Of a stretch of 64,000 nucleotides of DNA, positions 8,391 through 19,163 are shown piece by piece. Each line of letters begins with the position of its first letter. Positions within the stretch are counted from its first letter, which is position 1. The stretch spans positions 7,200,001 to 7,264,000 of the forward strand of contig CBDDPY010000002.1 of NCBI GenBank assembly GCA_965232515.1. The letters are read 5' to 3'. The notes beneath the pieces are model-generated. The model was not told the origin of the DNA and searched no databases. It worked only from the letters and a program-made list of their open reading frames with translations. The translations under genes and the position numbers were made by a program. Source of the stretch: Alphaproteobacteria bacterium (GTDB lineage: Bacteria > Pseudomonadota > Alphaproteobacteria > GCA-2731375).

Positions 8391-11300
8391 ATGAGCCAAC
8401 TCCTCGACCGGCTGAACTTCTTCTCCAACCGCAACATCGGCGACTTCGCCGACGGCCACGGCGTCACCACGCGCGAGGACCGGAGCTGGGAAGACGGCTA
8501 CCGCCAGCGCTGGGCGCATGACAAGGTCGTGCGCTCGACGCACGGGGCCAACTGCACCGGCTCCTGCTCCTGGAAGATCTACGTCAAAGGCGGGATCGTC
8601 ACCTGGGAGACGCAGCAGACCGACTATCCGCGCACGCGGCCTGACCTGCCGAACCACGAGCCGCGCGGCTGCTCGCGGGGCGCCAGCTACAGCTGGTACC
8701 TCTATTCGGCGAACCGGGTGAAGTACCCGCTGGTGCGTTCGCGGCTGGTCAAGCTCTGGCGCGAGGCGCGCAAGACCTTGAGCCCCGTCGCCGCCTGGGC
8801 CTCGATCGTCGAGAACCCGGCGAAGCGGGCGTCCTACACCCGCAAGCGCGGGCTCGGCGGTTTCGTGCGCTCGCACTGGGACGAGGTCAACGAGATCATC
8901 GCTGCGGCGAACGCCTACACGGCCAAGACCTACGGGCCGGATCGGGTGATCGGCTTCTCGCCGATTCCGGCCATGTCGATGGTCTCGTACGCCGCCGGCT
9001 CGCGCTATCTGTCGCTGATGGGCGGCGTCTGCATGTCGTTCTACGACTGGTACTGCGACCTGCCGCCGGCCTCGCCGCAGACCTGGGGCGAGCAGACCGA
9101 CGTGCCCGAGAGCGCCGACTGGTACAACTCCGGCTTCCTGATGCTCTGGGGCTCGAACGTGCCGCAGACCCGGACGCCGGACGCGCACTTCTATACCGAA
9201 GCCCGCTACAAGGGCACGAAGTCGGTCGTCGTCAGCCCGGACTATTCCGAGGCCGCCAAGTTTTCCGACGTCTGGCTGCATCCGAAGCAGGGCACCGACG
9301 CGGCGCTGGCCATGGCCATGGGCCATGTAATCCTGCGCGAATTCCATATCGACCGCCAGGCGGAATACTTCGAAAGCTATGCGCGGCAATACACCGACAT
9401 GCCGATGCTGGTGCGGCTGGTCAAGAAGGACGGCCACTACGTGCCCGACCGCTTGCTGCGCGCGTCCGATTTCGCGGGCGATCTCGACCAGGCCAACAAC
9501 CCGGACTGGAAGACCGTCGCCATCGACCGCAGCAGCGGCGCGACCGTGGTGCCCAACGGCTCCGTCGGTTTCCGCTGGGGCGAGGAAGGCAAGTGGAACC
9601 TCGAGCAGAAGGAGGCCGGCGGCAACGACACCGACCTGCTGCTGACGCTGATCGGCGATACGGACCGGGACGACGCGGCCGACGTCGGCTTCCCCTATTT
9701 CGGCAACCGCGAGCACGACTACTTCGAGGGCACGGACCATCCGGACGTGCTGGTGCGCAAGGTGCCGGTGAAGGCGATGACGTTGAAGGACGGCGAGGCG
9801 ATGGTGGCGACGGTCTTCGACCTCTTTGTCGCCAACTACGGTCTCGACCGCGATCTCGGCGGCCAATACGTCGCCAAGGATTATGCCGAGAACGTGCCTT
9901 ATACGCCGGCCTGGGCCGAGAAGATCACCGGCGTGCCGGCTGATCAGATCACCGCCGTCGCGCGCGAGTTCGCCCGCAACGCCGAGAAGACCAACGGCAA
10001 GTCCATGGTCATTCTCGGCGCCGGTCTGAACCACTGGTACCACATGGACATGAACTACCGGGGGATCATCAATCTCCTGGTGATGTGCGGCTGCGTCGGC
10101 CAGTCCGGCGGCGGCTGGTCGCACTATGTGGGTCAGGAAAAACTGCGCCCGCAGACGGGTTGGTTGCCGCTCGCCTTCGGGCTCGACTGGGGCCGGCCGC
10201 CGCGGCACATGAACTCGACCTCGTTCTGGTACGCGCATACGGATCAATGGCGCTACGAGGCGCTGGGCGTGGACGAGATCCTGTCGCCGACCGCGCCGGA
10301 AGGCCCGTGGGACGGCGCGCTGATCGACTACAACGTGCGCGCCGAGCGCATGGGCTGGCTGCCGTCGGCGCCGCAGCTCAAGGCCAATCCGCTGACCATC
10401 GCCAAGGCGGCCGAGCAGGCCGGCAAGGCGCCGAAGGACTATGTCGTGGATGCGCTGACGTCAGGCGACCTGCAGATGTCCTGCGAGGACCCGGACGATC
10501 CGGCCAACTGGCCGCGCAACCTGTTCGTCTGGCGCTCGAACCTGCTGGGCTCGTCCGGCAAGGGCCACGAATACTTCCTGAAGCACCTGCTCGGCACGTC
10601 GCACGGCGTCATGAACCAGGACCTGGGCGCGCAGGGCGAGGCCAAGCCGAAGGAAGTCGCCTGGCATGACGACGCGCCGGAGGGCAAGCTCGACCTGCTG
10701 GTCACGCTCGACTTCCGCATGTCCACGACCTGCGTCTATTCCGACATCGTGCTGCCGACCGCGACCTGGTACGAGAAGAACGACCTTAACACGTCGGATA
10801 TGCATCCGTTCATCCACCCGCTGACCGGCGCGGTGGACCCGGTCTGGGAATGCCGGTCGGACTGGGACATCTACAAAGGCATTGCCAAGACCTTCTCCGA
10901 GGTCGCGCCGGAGGTGCTGGGCGTCGAGCAGGACGTCGTGCTGGTGCCGATCCTGCACGACACGCCGGCGGAGATCGCGCAGGCGCTCGACGTCAAGGAC
11001 TGGAAGCGCGGCGAGATCGAGCCGCAGCCGGGCAAGACTATGCCGCAGATCGCCGTGGTCGAGCGCGACTATCCGAACCTCTACAAACGCTTCACGGCGC
11101 TCGGCCCGTTGATGGAAAAGCTTGGCAACGGCGGCAAGGGCATCACCTGGAACACCGCGCACGAGGTCGAGAACCTGGGCGCGCTGAACGGCGTCGTCAC
11201 CGAGGACGGGCCGACGAAAGGCATGCCGCGCATCGAGACCGACATCGATGCCACCGAGGTGATCCTGATGCTGGCGCCGGAGACCAATGGCGAGGTCGCG

Positions 11301-12137
11301 GTGAAGGCCTGGGAATCGCTGTCGAAGAATACCGGCCGCGACCACAGCCATCTCGCCGTGCCCAAGGAGGACGAAAAGATCCGCTTCCGCGACGTCGTCG
11401 CGCAGCCGCGCAAGATCATCTCGTCGCCGACCTGGTCCGGTCTGGAATCCGAGAAGGTCTGCTACAACGCCGGCTACACCAACGTGCACGAGCGCATTCC
11501 CTGGCGCACGCTGAGCGGCCGGCAGCAGCTCTATCAGGACCATCTCTGGATGCGGGCCTTCGGCGAGGGTTTCTGCGTCTACCGCCCGCCGGTCGACCTG
11601 AAGACGGTAAAGCCGATCATCGATCAGAAGCCGAACGGCCAGGGGCAAGTGGTGCTGAACTTCATCACCCCGCACCAGAAGTGGGGCATCCACTCGACCT
11701 ATACCGACAACCTGATGATGCTGACGCTGAACCGCGGCGGGCCGGTGGTCTGGATCTCCGAGGTCGACGCCAGGAAGGCCGGCATCGAAGACAACGACTG
11801 GGTCGAGGCCTACAACGTCAACGGCGCGCTGACCGCCCGCGCGGTGGTGTCCCAGCGCATGCGCGAGGGCACGATCTTCATGTACCACGCGCAGGAGAAG
11901 ATCGTGAACACGCCGGGCTCGGAGACGACCCGGCAGCGCGGCGGCATCCACAACTCGGTGACCCGCGCCATCGTCAAGCCGACCCACATGATCGGCGGCT
12001 ACGCGCAGCAATCCTACGGCTTCAACTATTACGGCACGGTGGGCTCGAACCGCGACGAGTTCGTCATTGTCCGCAAGATGGACAAGGTCGACTGGCTCGA
12101 CCGCCCGGCGCCGGCCAGCATGGAGGCGGCAGAATGA
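8391..12137 (+). CDS. narG: Respiratory nitrate reductase alpha subunit
   Basis: 1248 aa; STHGANCTGSCSW FS0 motif, EPRGCSRGASYSWY, SFYDWYCDLPP and NYYGTVGSNRDE. Confidence 0.99.
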   Translation: MSQLLDRLNFFSNRNIGDFADGHGVTTREDRSWEDGYRQRWAHDKVVRSTHGANCTGSCSWKIYVKGGIVTWETQQTDYPRTRPDLPNHEPRGCSRGASYSWYLYSANRVKYPLVRSRLVKLWREARKTLSPVAAWASIVENPAKRASYTRKRGLGGFVRSHWDEVNEIIAAANAYTAKTYGPDRVIGFSPIPAMSMVSYAAGSRYLSLMGGVCMSFYDWYCDLPPASPQTWGEQTDVPESADWYNSGFLMLWGSNVPQTRTPDAHFYTEARYKGTKSVVVSPDYSEAAKFSDVWLHPKQGTDAALAMAMGHVILREFHIDRQAEYFESYARQYTDMPMLVRLVKKDGHYVPDRLLRASDFAGDLDQANNPDWKTVAIDRSSGATVVPNGSVGFRWGEEGKWNLEQKEAGGNDTDLLLTLIGDTDRDDAADVGFPYFGNREHDYFEGTDHPDVLVRKVPVKAMTLKDGEAMVATVFDLFVANYGLDRDLGGQYVAKDYAENVPYTPAWAEKITGVPADQITAVAREFARNAEKTNGKSMVILGAGLNHWYHMDMNYRGIINLLVMCGCVGQSGGGWSHYVGQEKLRPQTGWLPLAFGLDWGRPPRHMNSTSFWYAHTDQWRYEALGVDEILSPTAPEGPWDGALIDYNVRAERMGWLPSAPQLKANPLTIAKAAEQAGKAPKDYVVDALTSGDLQMSCEDPDDPANWPRNLFVWRSNLLGSSGKGHEYFLKHLLGTSHGVMNQDLGAQGEAKPKEVAWHDDAPEGKLDLLVTLDFRMSTTCVYSDIVLPTATWYEKNDLNTSDMHPFIHPLTGAVDPVWECRSDWDIYKGIAKTFSEVAPEVLGVEQDVVLVPILHDTPAEIAQALDVKDWKRGEIEPQPGKTMPQIAVVERDYPNLYKRFTALGPLMEKLGNGGKGITWNTAHEVENLGALNGVVTEDGPTKGMPRIETDIDATEVILMLAPETNGEVAVKAWESLSKNTGRDHSHLAVPKEDEKIRFRDVVAQPRKIISSPTWSGLESEKVCYNAGYTNVHERIPWRTLSGRQQLYQDHLWMRAFGEGFCVYRPPVDLKTVKPIIDQKPNGQGQVVLNFITPHQKWGIHSTYTDNLMMLTLNRGGPVVWISEVDARKAGIEDNDWVEAYNVNGALTARAVVSQRMREGTIFMYHAQEKIVNTPGSETTRQRGGIHNSVTRAIVKPTHMIGGYAQQSYGFNYYGTVGSNRDEFVIVRKMDKVDWLDRPAPASMEAAE

Positions 12138-13663
12138 AAGTCCGCGCGCAAATCGGCATGGTGCTGAATCTCGACAAGTGCATTGGCTGTCACACCTGCT
12201 CGGTCACCTGCAAGAACGTCTGGACCAACCGGGAAGGCATGGAATACGCCTGGTTCAACAACGTCGAGACCAAGCCCGGCATCGGCTATCCCAAGGAGTG
12301 GGAGAACCAGAAACGCTGGAACGGCGGCTGGGAACGGACATCGGGCGGCAAGCTGCAGCCGAAGATGGGCGCCAAGTGGCGCATCCTGGCGAAGATCTTC
12401 GCCAACCCTGATCTGCCCGAGATCGACGACTATTACGAGCCCTTCACCTTCGACTACGCGCACTTGCAGAACGCGCCCGAGCTCGAGGCCACGCCGACGG
12501 CCCGGCCGCGCTCGCTGATCACCGGCGAGCGCATGGAGAAGATCGAGTGGGGACCGAACTGGGAGGAAATTCTGGGCGGCGAGTTCGCCAAGCGCTCGAA
12601 GGATTACAACTTCGAGGGCGTCGAGAAGGAGATCTACGGCCAGTTCGAGAACACCTTCATGATGTACCTGCCGCGGCTCTGCGAGCATTGCCTGAACCCG
12701 ACCTGCGTCGCGGCCTGTCCCTCGGGCGCCATCTACAAGCGCGAGGAAGACGGCATCGTCCTGATCGATCAGGAGAAATGCCGAGGCTGGCGCATGTGCG
12801 TCTCGGGCTGTCCCTACAAGAAGATCTACTACAACTGGTCGAGCGGTAAGTCGGAGAAGTGCATCTTCTGCTATCCGCGTATCGAGGCCGGGCAGCCGAC
12901 GGTCTGCTCGGAGACCTGCGTCGGCCGCATCCGCTATCTCGGCGTGCTGCTCTATGACGCCGACCGCATCGAGCAGGCGGCGTCCGCGCCGGATGCGTGC
13001 GACCTCTACGACGCGCAGCTAGGCATCTTCCTCGATCCGAACGATCCTGAGGTCATCGCCCAGGCCCAGGCCGACGGCGTGCCGGAGGCCTGGCTCGCGG
13101 CCGCGAAAGCGTCGCCCGTCTACAAGATGGCGATGGATTGGAAGGTGGCGTTCCCGCTGCATCCGGAGTACCGCACGCTGCCCATGGTCTGGTACGTGCC
13201 GCCGTTGTCGCCGATCCAGTCGGCGGCCGAGGCCGGTCAGATCGGCGTCGAGAACGAACTGCCGGACGTGCGTTCGCTACGCATTCCGGTGCGCTATCTC
13301 GCCAACCTGCTGACGGCCGGCAAGGAGGAGCCGGTGGTGCAAGGGCTGGAGCGCATGCTGGCCATGCGCGGCTATATGCGGTCGAAGACCATCGACGGCG
13401 TTATCGACGAGGCGATCGCCGCGCGCGTTGGCCTGACCCCGCAACAGATCGAGGACATGTACCACGTGATGGCGATCGCCAATTACGAGGATCGGTTTGT
13501 CATTCCAACGTCGCACCGCGAGGTCGGCGAGGACGCCTACGATCTGCGCGGCGGTTGCGGGTTTTCCTTCGGCAACGGCTGCTCGGAAGGCATGAGCGAA
13601 ACGAGCCTGTTCGGCGGCCCGACCCGCAAGAAGACGGTCGAAACCCCGACGGAGGTGTTCTGA
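12134..13663 (+). CDS. narH: Respiratory nitrate reductase beta subunit
   Basis: MKVRAQIGMVLNLDKCIGCHTCSVTCK and four Fe-S motifs. ATGA overlap with the narG stop. Confidence 0.99.
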   Translation: MKVRAQIGMVLNLDKCIGCHTCSVTCKNVWTNREGMEYAWFNNVETKPGIGYPKEWENQKRWNGGWERTSGGKLQPKMGAKWRILAKIFANPDLPEIDDYYEPFTFDYAHLQNAPELEATPTARPRSLITGERMEKIEWGPNWEEILGGEFAKRSKDYNFEGVEKEIYGQFENTFMMYLPRLCEHCLNPTCVAACPSGAIYKREEDGIVLIDQEKCRGWRMCVSGCPYKKIYYNWSSGKSEKCIFCYPRIEAGQPTVCSETCVGRIRYLGVLLYDADRIEQAASAPDACDLYDAQLGIFLDPNDPEVIAQAQADGVPEAWLAAAKASPVYKMAMDWKVAFPLHPEYRTLPMVWYVPPLSPIQSAAEAGQIGVENELPDVRSLRIPVRYLANLLTAGKEEPVVQGLERMLAMRGYMRSKTIDGVIDEAIAARVGLTPQQIEDMYHVMAIANYEDRFVIPTSHREVGEDAYDLRGGCGFSFGNGCSEGMSETSLFGGPTRKKTVETPTEVF

Positions 13664-14367
13664 TGGCCGATACCTTCAAAGTCCTGTCGCTGCTGCTCAG
13701 CTATCCGAGCGAGGAGCTCGCCGCCGGCGCGTCGGAGCTGAAAGGCGTGCTCGACACCGAGGGGCTGGTGCCGGGCCGCTTTCGGGCGCGGCTCTACAAG
13801 CTGATCGATGAGTTGGGCACGCGCGATCTGTTCGATCTGCAGGAGCGTTACGTGCTGCTGTTCGACCGCAGCCGGTCGCTATCGCTGCACCTGTTCGAGC
13901 ATCTGCATGGCGAGAGCCGCGACCGCGGCCAGGCCATGGTCGATCTGATGCGGCATTACGAACGGCATGGTCTGCGGATCGAAGCGAAGGAACTGCCGGA
14001 CTACCTGCCGCTGTTCCTGGAGTTCCTGTCGACCCGGCCGGTGGACGAGGCCCGCGCGCTGCTGGCCGAGCCAGTACATATCCTGTCGGCGCTGGCAGCG
14101 CGGCATCGCAAGCGCAAGAGCGCCTACGCCATCGTCTTCCGGGTTCTGGAGGCATTGGCACGGGGAAAGGCGAGCGCGGAAGCGACGGCCAGTCTGCTGA
14201 CCGAACCGGAGGACGATCCTGACGACCTCGCGGCGCTGGACCGCGTCTGGGAGGCAGAAGCCGTCACCTTCGGCCCCGGCGCGGCCGCGCCCGACGGCGG
14301 CTGCCCCGCGGCGCGCGACCTGCTGGCCCGCATGGACCCGCCCCAAACCCCATCTCAGGGAGGCTGA
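13663..14367 (+). CDS. narJ: Nitrate reductase molybdenum-cofactor assembly chaperone
   Basis: LHLFEHLHGESRDRGQAM and ELPDYLPLFLEFL. TGATG overlap with narH. Confidence 0.97.
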   Translation: MADTFKVLSLLLSYPSEELAAGASELKGVLDTEGLVPGRFRARLYKLIDELGTRDLFDLQERYVLLFDRSRSLSLHLFEHLHGESRDRGQAMVDLMRHYERHGLRIEAKELPDYLPLFLEFLSTRPVDEARALLAEPVHILSALAARHRKRKSAYAIVFRVLEALARGKASAEATASLLTEPEDDPDDLAALDRVWEAEAVTFGPGAAAPDGGCPAARDLLARMDPPQTPSQGG

Positions 14368-14370
14368 CCG

Positions 14371-15072
14371 ATGGCCGAGTTTCTCAACGCCTTCTTCTTC
14401 GGCATCTATCCGTACATCTGCCTGGCGATCATGATCCTGGGCTCGATCTTCCGCTACGAGCGCGAGCCTTATACCTGGCGCTCCGGCTCCAGCCAGCTGT
14501 TGCGCCGCCGGCAGCTCATGATCGGCTCGAACCTGTTCCATGTCGGCATCCTGTTCCTGTTCCTCGGCCACTTCGTCGGCCTGCTGACGCCGCACTGGCT
14601 CTACGCACCGATCATCAGTGCGGAAGCGAAGCAGCTGCTGGCGGTCGTCGCCGGCGGCATCGCCGGCGTGATCTGCTTTATCGGCCTGACCATGCTGTTG
14701 CACCGGCGGCTGTTCGATCCGCGGATCCGCGTCACCACCACGTTCAGCGATCTCGCCATCCTGATCATTCTCTGGGTTCAGCTCGTGCTGGGTCTGGTGA
14801 CGATCCCGTATTCACTGTCGCATGCCGACGGCAGCGTGATGCTGCGCCTGTCGGAATGGGCCCAGCGCATCCTCACCTTCCGCGGCGATGCCGCAGAGTT
14901 GGTGGCCGGTCTGGCCTGGCCCTATCAGATCCACCTGATCCTGGGGCTGACGATCTTCCTGCTGTTCCCGTTCAGCCGCCTGGTGCATATCTGGAGCGCG
15001 CCGGTCCGCTACCTCTGGCGGCCGGGCTATCAGATCGTGCGGTCGCGGGCCGGTCGCGCGTCAGCAAGGTAG
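14371..15072 (+). CDS. narI: Respiratory nitrate reductase gamma subunit (cytochrome b)
   Basis: YPYICL, SSQLL, LFHVGILFLFLGH and FPFSRLVHIWS. Confidence 0.98.
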   Translation: MAEFLNAFFFGIYPYICLAIMILGSIFRYEREPYTWRSGSSQLLRRRQLMIGSNLFHVGILFLFLGHFVGLLTPHWLYAPIISAEAKQLLAVVAGGIAGVICFIGLTMLLHRRLFDPRIRVTTTFSDLAILIILWVQLVLGLVTIPYSLSHADGSVMLRLSEWAQRILTFRGDAAELVAGLAWPYQIHLILGLTIFLLFPFSRLVHIWSAPVRYLWRPGYQIVRSRAGRASAR

Positions 15073-15077
15073 CCGCC

Positions 15078-15872
15078 ATGACGGACGTCCAGGTCAACGG
15101 CACCCGGATTGTCGACGCGGCGATCCTGGCCGAGGCGCAGCACCATCCGGCGGCATCCCCAAGCGAAGCCGTAGCCGCGGCGACGGAAGCGCTTGTGGTG
15201 CGCGAGTTGCTGCTGCAGGAGGCCGCGCGACAGTCGCTGACGCCGGAACCTGATGTCGATGACGAGGGCCGGCGCGAAACGGAAGACGAGGCGCTGATCC
15301 GGCAGTTGCTGGCGGCCGAGATCGCCGTGCCGGCGGCGGACGTCGAGACCTGTCGCCGCTACTACGACAACAACCCCGGTCGTTTCCGCAGCCCCGACCT
15401 TTATGAGGCGGCGCATATCCTGTTTGCTGCCGATCCGAACGACGGCGAGGCCTATGATGAGGCCGTTGCATCGGCCGAGCAGACCATCGCCGTCCTGCAA
15501 CAGGATCCCGGCAGTTTCGCGGCGATCGCCGGTTCGCGCTCGGACTGTGTGTCGGGCCGGCAGGGCGGCCGGTTGGGCCAGGTCGGGCGGGGCGACACGG
15601 TGCCGGAGGTCGAGACCTTTCTCGTCGCGCTGGAACAGGGGCAGCTCTGTCCGGTGCCGGTCAAGAGCCGGTACGGCGCACATGTGCTGCGGCTCGACCG
15701 CAAGATCGACGGCCGGCGGCTGCCGTTCGAGGCAGTGCGGGACCGTATCGCCGACTATCTGCAGGAGGCGAGTTGGCGCCGCGCGGTCGCGCAGTACATC
15801 AAGCTGCTGGCCGGCCGGTCACGCATTGAAGGCATTGAACTCGAGGCCGCGACGAGCGCTCTCGTGCAATGA
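15078..15872 (+). CDS. Parvulin/PpiC-type peptidyl-prolyl isomerase (NifM-like, nar-associated)
   Basis: AAHILFAA, SDCVSGRQGGRLGQV and PVKSRYGAHV; directly follows narI. Confidence 0.9.
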   Translation: MTDVQVNGTRIVDAAILAEAQHHPAASPSEAVAAATEALVVRELLLQEAARQSLTPEPDVDDEGRRETEDEALIRQLLAAEIAVPAADVETCRRYYDNNPGRFRSPDLYEAAHILFAADPNDGEAYDEAVASAEQTIAVLQQDPGSFAAIAGSRSDCVSGRQGGRLGQVGRGDTVPEVETFLVALEQGQLCPVPVKSRYGAHVLRLDRKIDGRRLPFEAVRDRIADYLQEASWRRAVAQYIKLLAGRSRIEGIELEAATSALVQ

Positions 15873-15899
15873 ACGGACGGGCGGGAAGGGAGGTGCGAC

Positions 15900-16463
15900 A
15901 TGATGACGGCGTTGGCGCAGCGGCGTTACATCGAGACGATCCCCGACACGCTCCTGCAGGAACCGCTTAACTTTATCTTCGCCGACCATTACCGGCAGCG
16001 CGTGGTTTGCACGCTGCTTGAAGAGCTGGCCGACGCCGCGACGCTCGATGCCGCCAAGGCCGAGGAGGTCGTCGACTTCCTGGCCAACGATATGGTCCGC
16101 CACGTCCTCGACGAGGAGGAGGACCTGTTCCCGTTGCTGCGTCGCCGCTGTGCGCCTGAGGACGAGATCGAGGCGATTCTGGATAAGCTTGCCCTGGAGC
16201 ATACGGCGGATGAGCGGCTGGGCCGCGATCTCGTTGTCGCGATCGGCGCGCTGATCGCCAACGGCACGGCGCCGAGAATACGTCCGAAGGTCCGGGAAAT
16301 GATGCTGGCTTTCGCGCGCAGCCAGCGGCGCCATCTGATGGTCGAGAACAATATCGTTCTGCCCATTGCGCGGACGCGCCTGGTCGAAGCCGATATCGCC
16401 AACCTGGCTCGGCGGATGGCGGCCCGGCGCGGTGTCGCGATCGCTGCCGTGCTGGACGGCTGA
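15900..16463 (+). CDS. Hemerythrin (HHE cation-binding) domain protein
   Basis: H...HxxxE...H...HxxxE pattern: ADHYRQR, HVLDEEEDLFP, LEHTAD and HLMVENNIVLP. Confidence 0.88.
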   Translation: MMTALAQRRYIETIPDTLLQEPLNFIFADHYRQRVVCTLLEELADAATLDAAKAEEVVDFLANDMVRHVLDEEEDLFPLLRRRCAPEDEIEAILDKLALEHTADERLGRDLVVAIGALIANGTAPRIRPKVREMMLAFARSQRRHLMVENNIVLPIARTRLVEADIANLARRMAARRGVAIAAVLDG

Positions 16464-16544
16464 CCGTCCGCAATTCGCATTGGCGTCCACGTCAACTCCC
16501 TGATCGGCGCATTTTACCCGGCGCCGGTACGGCGTCGCCGACGG

Positions 16545-16560
16545 TTAATCGTTTGTTTAC
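16545..16560. promoter_or_regulatory. Possible CtrA-like site TTAA-TCGTTTG-TTTAC
   Basis: One mismatch to TTAA-N7-TTAAC, in an AT-rich patch upstream of clpA. Confidence 0.35.
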
Positions 16561-16738
16561 CAAGCCCATTTACACATTCTCAACGAATGGGACTCGTTGC
16601 GGCCGTCCCACCGGTTGAGGCCTGAGACGGCGTTTGCGTCGCCGAATCTGGCTTAAGACCGATGCAACGCGGGACGGCGGCAGCACCTGTCGGCCGAGGA
16701 ATGCAGCCGATCCGCGAGGCACGGGTACACGTCGAGAC

Positions 16739-18994
16739 ATGCTTTCCGAGACCTTCAAACGCACCTTGAACCGCGCACGGTCGCTCGTGGTTTCGCATGG
16801 TCTGGATTTCATCACATCGGAGCATCTGCTCCTGGCTTTAACCGACGATCCGGACGCCCTGCCGGTCTTCGCCTGTCGCGGCATTGACATCGACGCGCTA
16901 CGCGCGGATCTGATCGAGAATTTCGACGACGATCCGGAAGAAGAACTGCCGCGCGATCTGTCCGACGGTGCGCATGCGCTTTACCTCACGGCGGAAATCC
17001 GCCGCGTGATCAGTCGGGCGGCGGCGCTGGTCAAGCGCGAAGGCGGCAGCGTGACCGGCGAGCACGTGGTGGCCGCAATGCTGTGCGAGCATCAGGGGCG
17101 TGCGGCGAAGCTGATGAACAAGTGGCAGATGTACGGCCTGGAGCTACCGCCGCCGTCCGATGCCGACGAGATCGGTGGAGCCCGTATCCTGCCGGAAAAC
17201 GTCGACGAGGATCAGGCATCCGAGATGCCGGATGACGCTGCCGATGCGCTCGACGCCTATTGCGTCGACTTGCGTCGGAAGGCGCTTGCCGGACGCGTCG
17301 ATCCCGTGATCGGCCGCGATGACGAGATCCGGCGAACCATCGGCGTTCTCTGCCGGCGCACCAAGAACAACCCGATCTTCGTCGGCGATCCCGGCGTCGG
17401 CAAGACCGCCATCGTCGAAGGCCTGGCACAAAGGATCGTTGACGGCACGGTGCCGGAGGTTCTGTTTGGCACCACGATCTATGCGCTCGACATGGGCGCG
17501 CTGTTGGCGGGCACGCGTTACCGCGGCGATTTCGAGGCGCGCCTGAAAGCCGTGATCGCCGAGCTCGGGCAGCGGGACCGGGCGGTATTGTTCATCGACG
17601 AGATTCACACGATTGTCGGCGCCGGCGCCATTTCGGGCGGCGCCATGGACGCCGCCAATCTCCTGAAGCCAGCGCTGCAGGACGGCAGCGTGCGTTGCAT
17701 CGGCGCGACCACGTATCAGGAATACCGCGCCCATTTCGACAAGGACCGGGCGCTGGTTCGCCGCTTTCAGAAGATCGATGTCGCGGAGCCGAACGAGGAT
17801 GACGCGGTGCGAATTCTGGCCGGCGCCAAGTCTCGTTACGAACGGCACCACGGTGTGCGCTACACCACTGGGGCGTTGCATGCGGCGGTCGCGTTGACGA
17901 CGCGGCATCTGGGCGACCGCAAGCTGCCGGACAAGGCCTTCGACGCGATCGACGAGGCGGCTGCGCAGCAGATGCTGAAGCCGAAATCGAAGCGGCGCAG
18001 AACCATCGGCGTCGCCGACATCGAGGCGGTTGTGGCGCAGATGGCCCGGATCCCGCCAAAGTCCGTGTCGCGGGACGATCGCCAAACACTGCGCGGTCTC
18101 GAGGCCGACCTGAAATCGGTGGTCTTCGGACAGAACCCGGCGATCGACGCGCTGGCGTCGGCGATCAAGCTGTCGCGGGCTGGTCTGCGCGAACCCGACA
18201 AGCCGATCGGCAGCTATGTGTTTTCCGGTCCGACCGGCGTCGGCAAGACCGAGCTGGCGCGCCAGCTCTCGCACGCGATCGGCATCGAGCTGATCCGATT
18301 CGACATGTCGGAATATATGGAGCCGCACGCCGTCAGCCGACTGATTGGCGCGCCGCCGGGCTATGTGGGCTTCGAACAGGGCGGCCTGCTGACCGACGCG
18401 GTCGACCAGAAGCCGCACAGCGTGCTGCTGCTGGACGAGATCGAGAAGGCGCATCCAGATCTGTTCAGCCTGCTGCTGCAGGTGATGGACGCGGGCAAGC
18501 TGACCGATCACAACGGCCGGACGGTCGACTTCCGGAACGTGATCTTGATCATGACCACCAATGCCGGCGCCGCCGATATGGCCAGGCCGGCCATGGGCTT
18601 CGGCCGCGACCGGCGCGAGGGTGAGGACGACGTGGCGTTGTCCCGCCTGTTTGCGCCGGAGTTTCGCAACCGCCTCGACGCCATCGTCTCGTTCAACGCC
18701 CTGTCGCCTGATGTCATGCGGCAGGTAGTGGATAAATCTCTACTGGCGCTGGCCGCCCAGCTCGCCGACCGGGACGTCAAGATCGAGGCTACCCAGGATG
18801 TGCGCCGCTGGCTGGCGGAACGCGGCTACGATCCGACTTATGGCGCGCGGCCACTGGCGCGCCTGATCCAGGACGCGATAAAGAAGCCGCTGGCCGAGGA
18901 GCTGCTGTTCGGAAAACTTGTCGGCGGCGGAACCGTGCGGCTCGACATCGCCGGCGGCAAGCCGGTGTTTGGCCTGGCGCCGACCGATACCTGA
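16739..18994 (+). CDS. clpA: ATP-dependent Clp protease ATPase subunit, ClpA-like
   Basis: Two AAA+ modules ([15 protein letters not shown] and [16 protein letters not shown]), GTRYRGDFE pore loop, MGF ClpP-docking loop, no ClpB middle domain. Start ATG 16739. Confidence 0.9.
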   Translation: MLSETFKRTLNRARSLVVSHGLDFITSEHLLLALTDDPDALPVFACRGIDIDALRADLIENFDDDPEEELPRDLSDGAHALYLTAEIRRVISRAAALVKREGGSVTGEHVVAAMLCEHQGRAAKLMNKWQMYGLELPPPSDADEIGGARILPENVDEDQASEMPDDAADALDAYCVDLRRKALAGRVDPVIGRDDEIRRTIGVLCRRTKNNPIFVGDPGVGKTAIVEGLAQRIVDGTVPEVLFGTTIYALDMGALLAGTRYRGDFEARLKAVIAELGQRDRAVLFIDEIHTIVGAGAISGGAMDAANLLKPALQDGSVRCIGATTYQEYRAHFDKDRALVRRFQKIDVAEPNEDDAVRILAGAKSRYERHHGVRYTTGALHAAVALTTRHLGDRKLPDKAFDAIDEAAAQQMLKPKSKRRRTIGVADIEAVVAQMARIPPKSVSRDDRQTLRGLEADLKSVVFGQNPAIDALASAIKLSRAGLREPDKPIGSYVFSGPTGVGKTELARQLSHAIGIELIRFDMSEYMEPHAVSRLIGAPPGYVGFEQGGLLTDAVDQKPHSVLLLDEIEKAHPDLFSLLLQVMDAGKLTDHNGRTVDFRNVILIMTTNAGAADMARPAMGFGRDRREGEDDVALSRLFAPEFRNRLDAIVSFNALSPDVMRQVVDKSLLALAAQLADRDVKIEATQDVRRWLAERGYDPTYGARPLARLIQDAIKKPLAEELLFGKLVGGGTVRLDIAGGKPVFGLAPTDT

Positions 18995-19163
18995 CGCAAG
19001 ACCGCCTGTCGGCTACTGAACGAAGTGACGGTTGCTACGCGTGACGTCGGTATGCCGTCGGCGATAGTCTGCGCTTCTAAGGCAAACCTAATACTGCCTG
19101 AATAGCGTCACGATCCATGACGACAATACATCGACTTCACTGATGAATTGGGGATAGATCATC

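Noticed and set aside
8334-12011. Long antisense ORFs (637 and 516 aa) opposite narG, and similar ones opposite iorB, hyuA and tpsA
   Set aside because: Codon-bias shadows of well-supported genes, with no family motifs.
10850-12133. Apparent 428-aa N-terminal extension of NarH
   Set aside because: Out-of-frame overlap with narG; the true start is the ATGA-coupled ATG at 12134.
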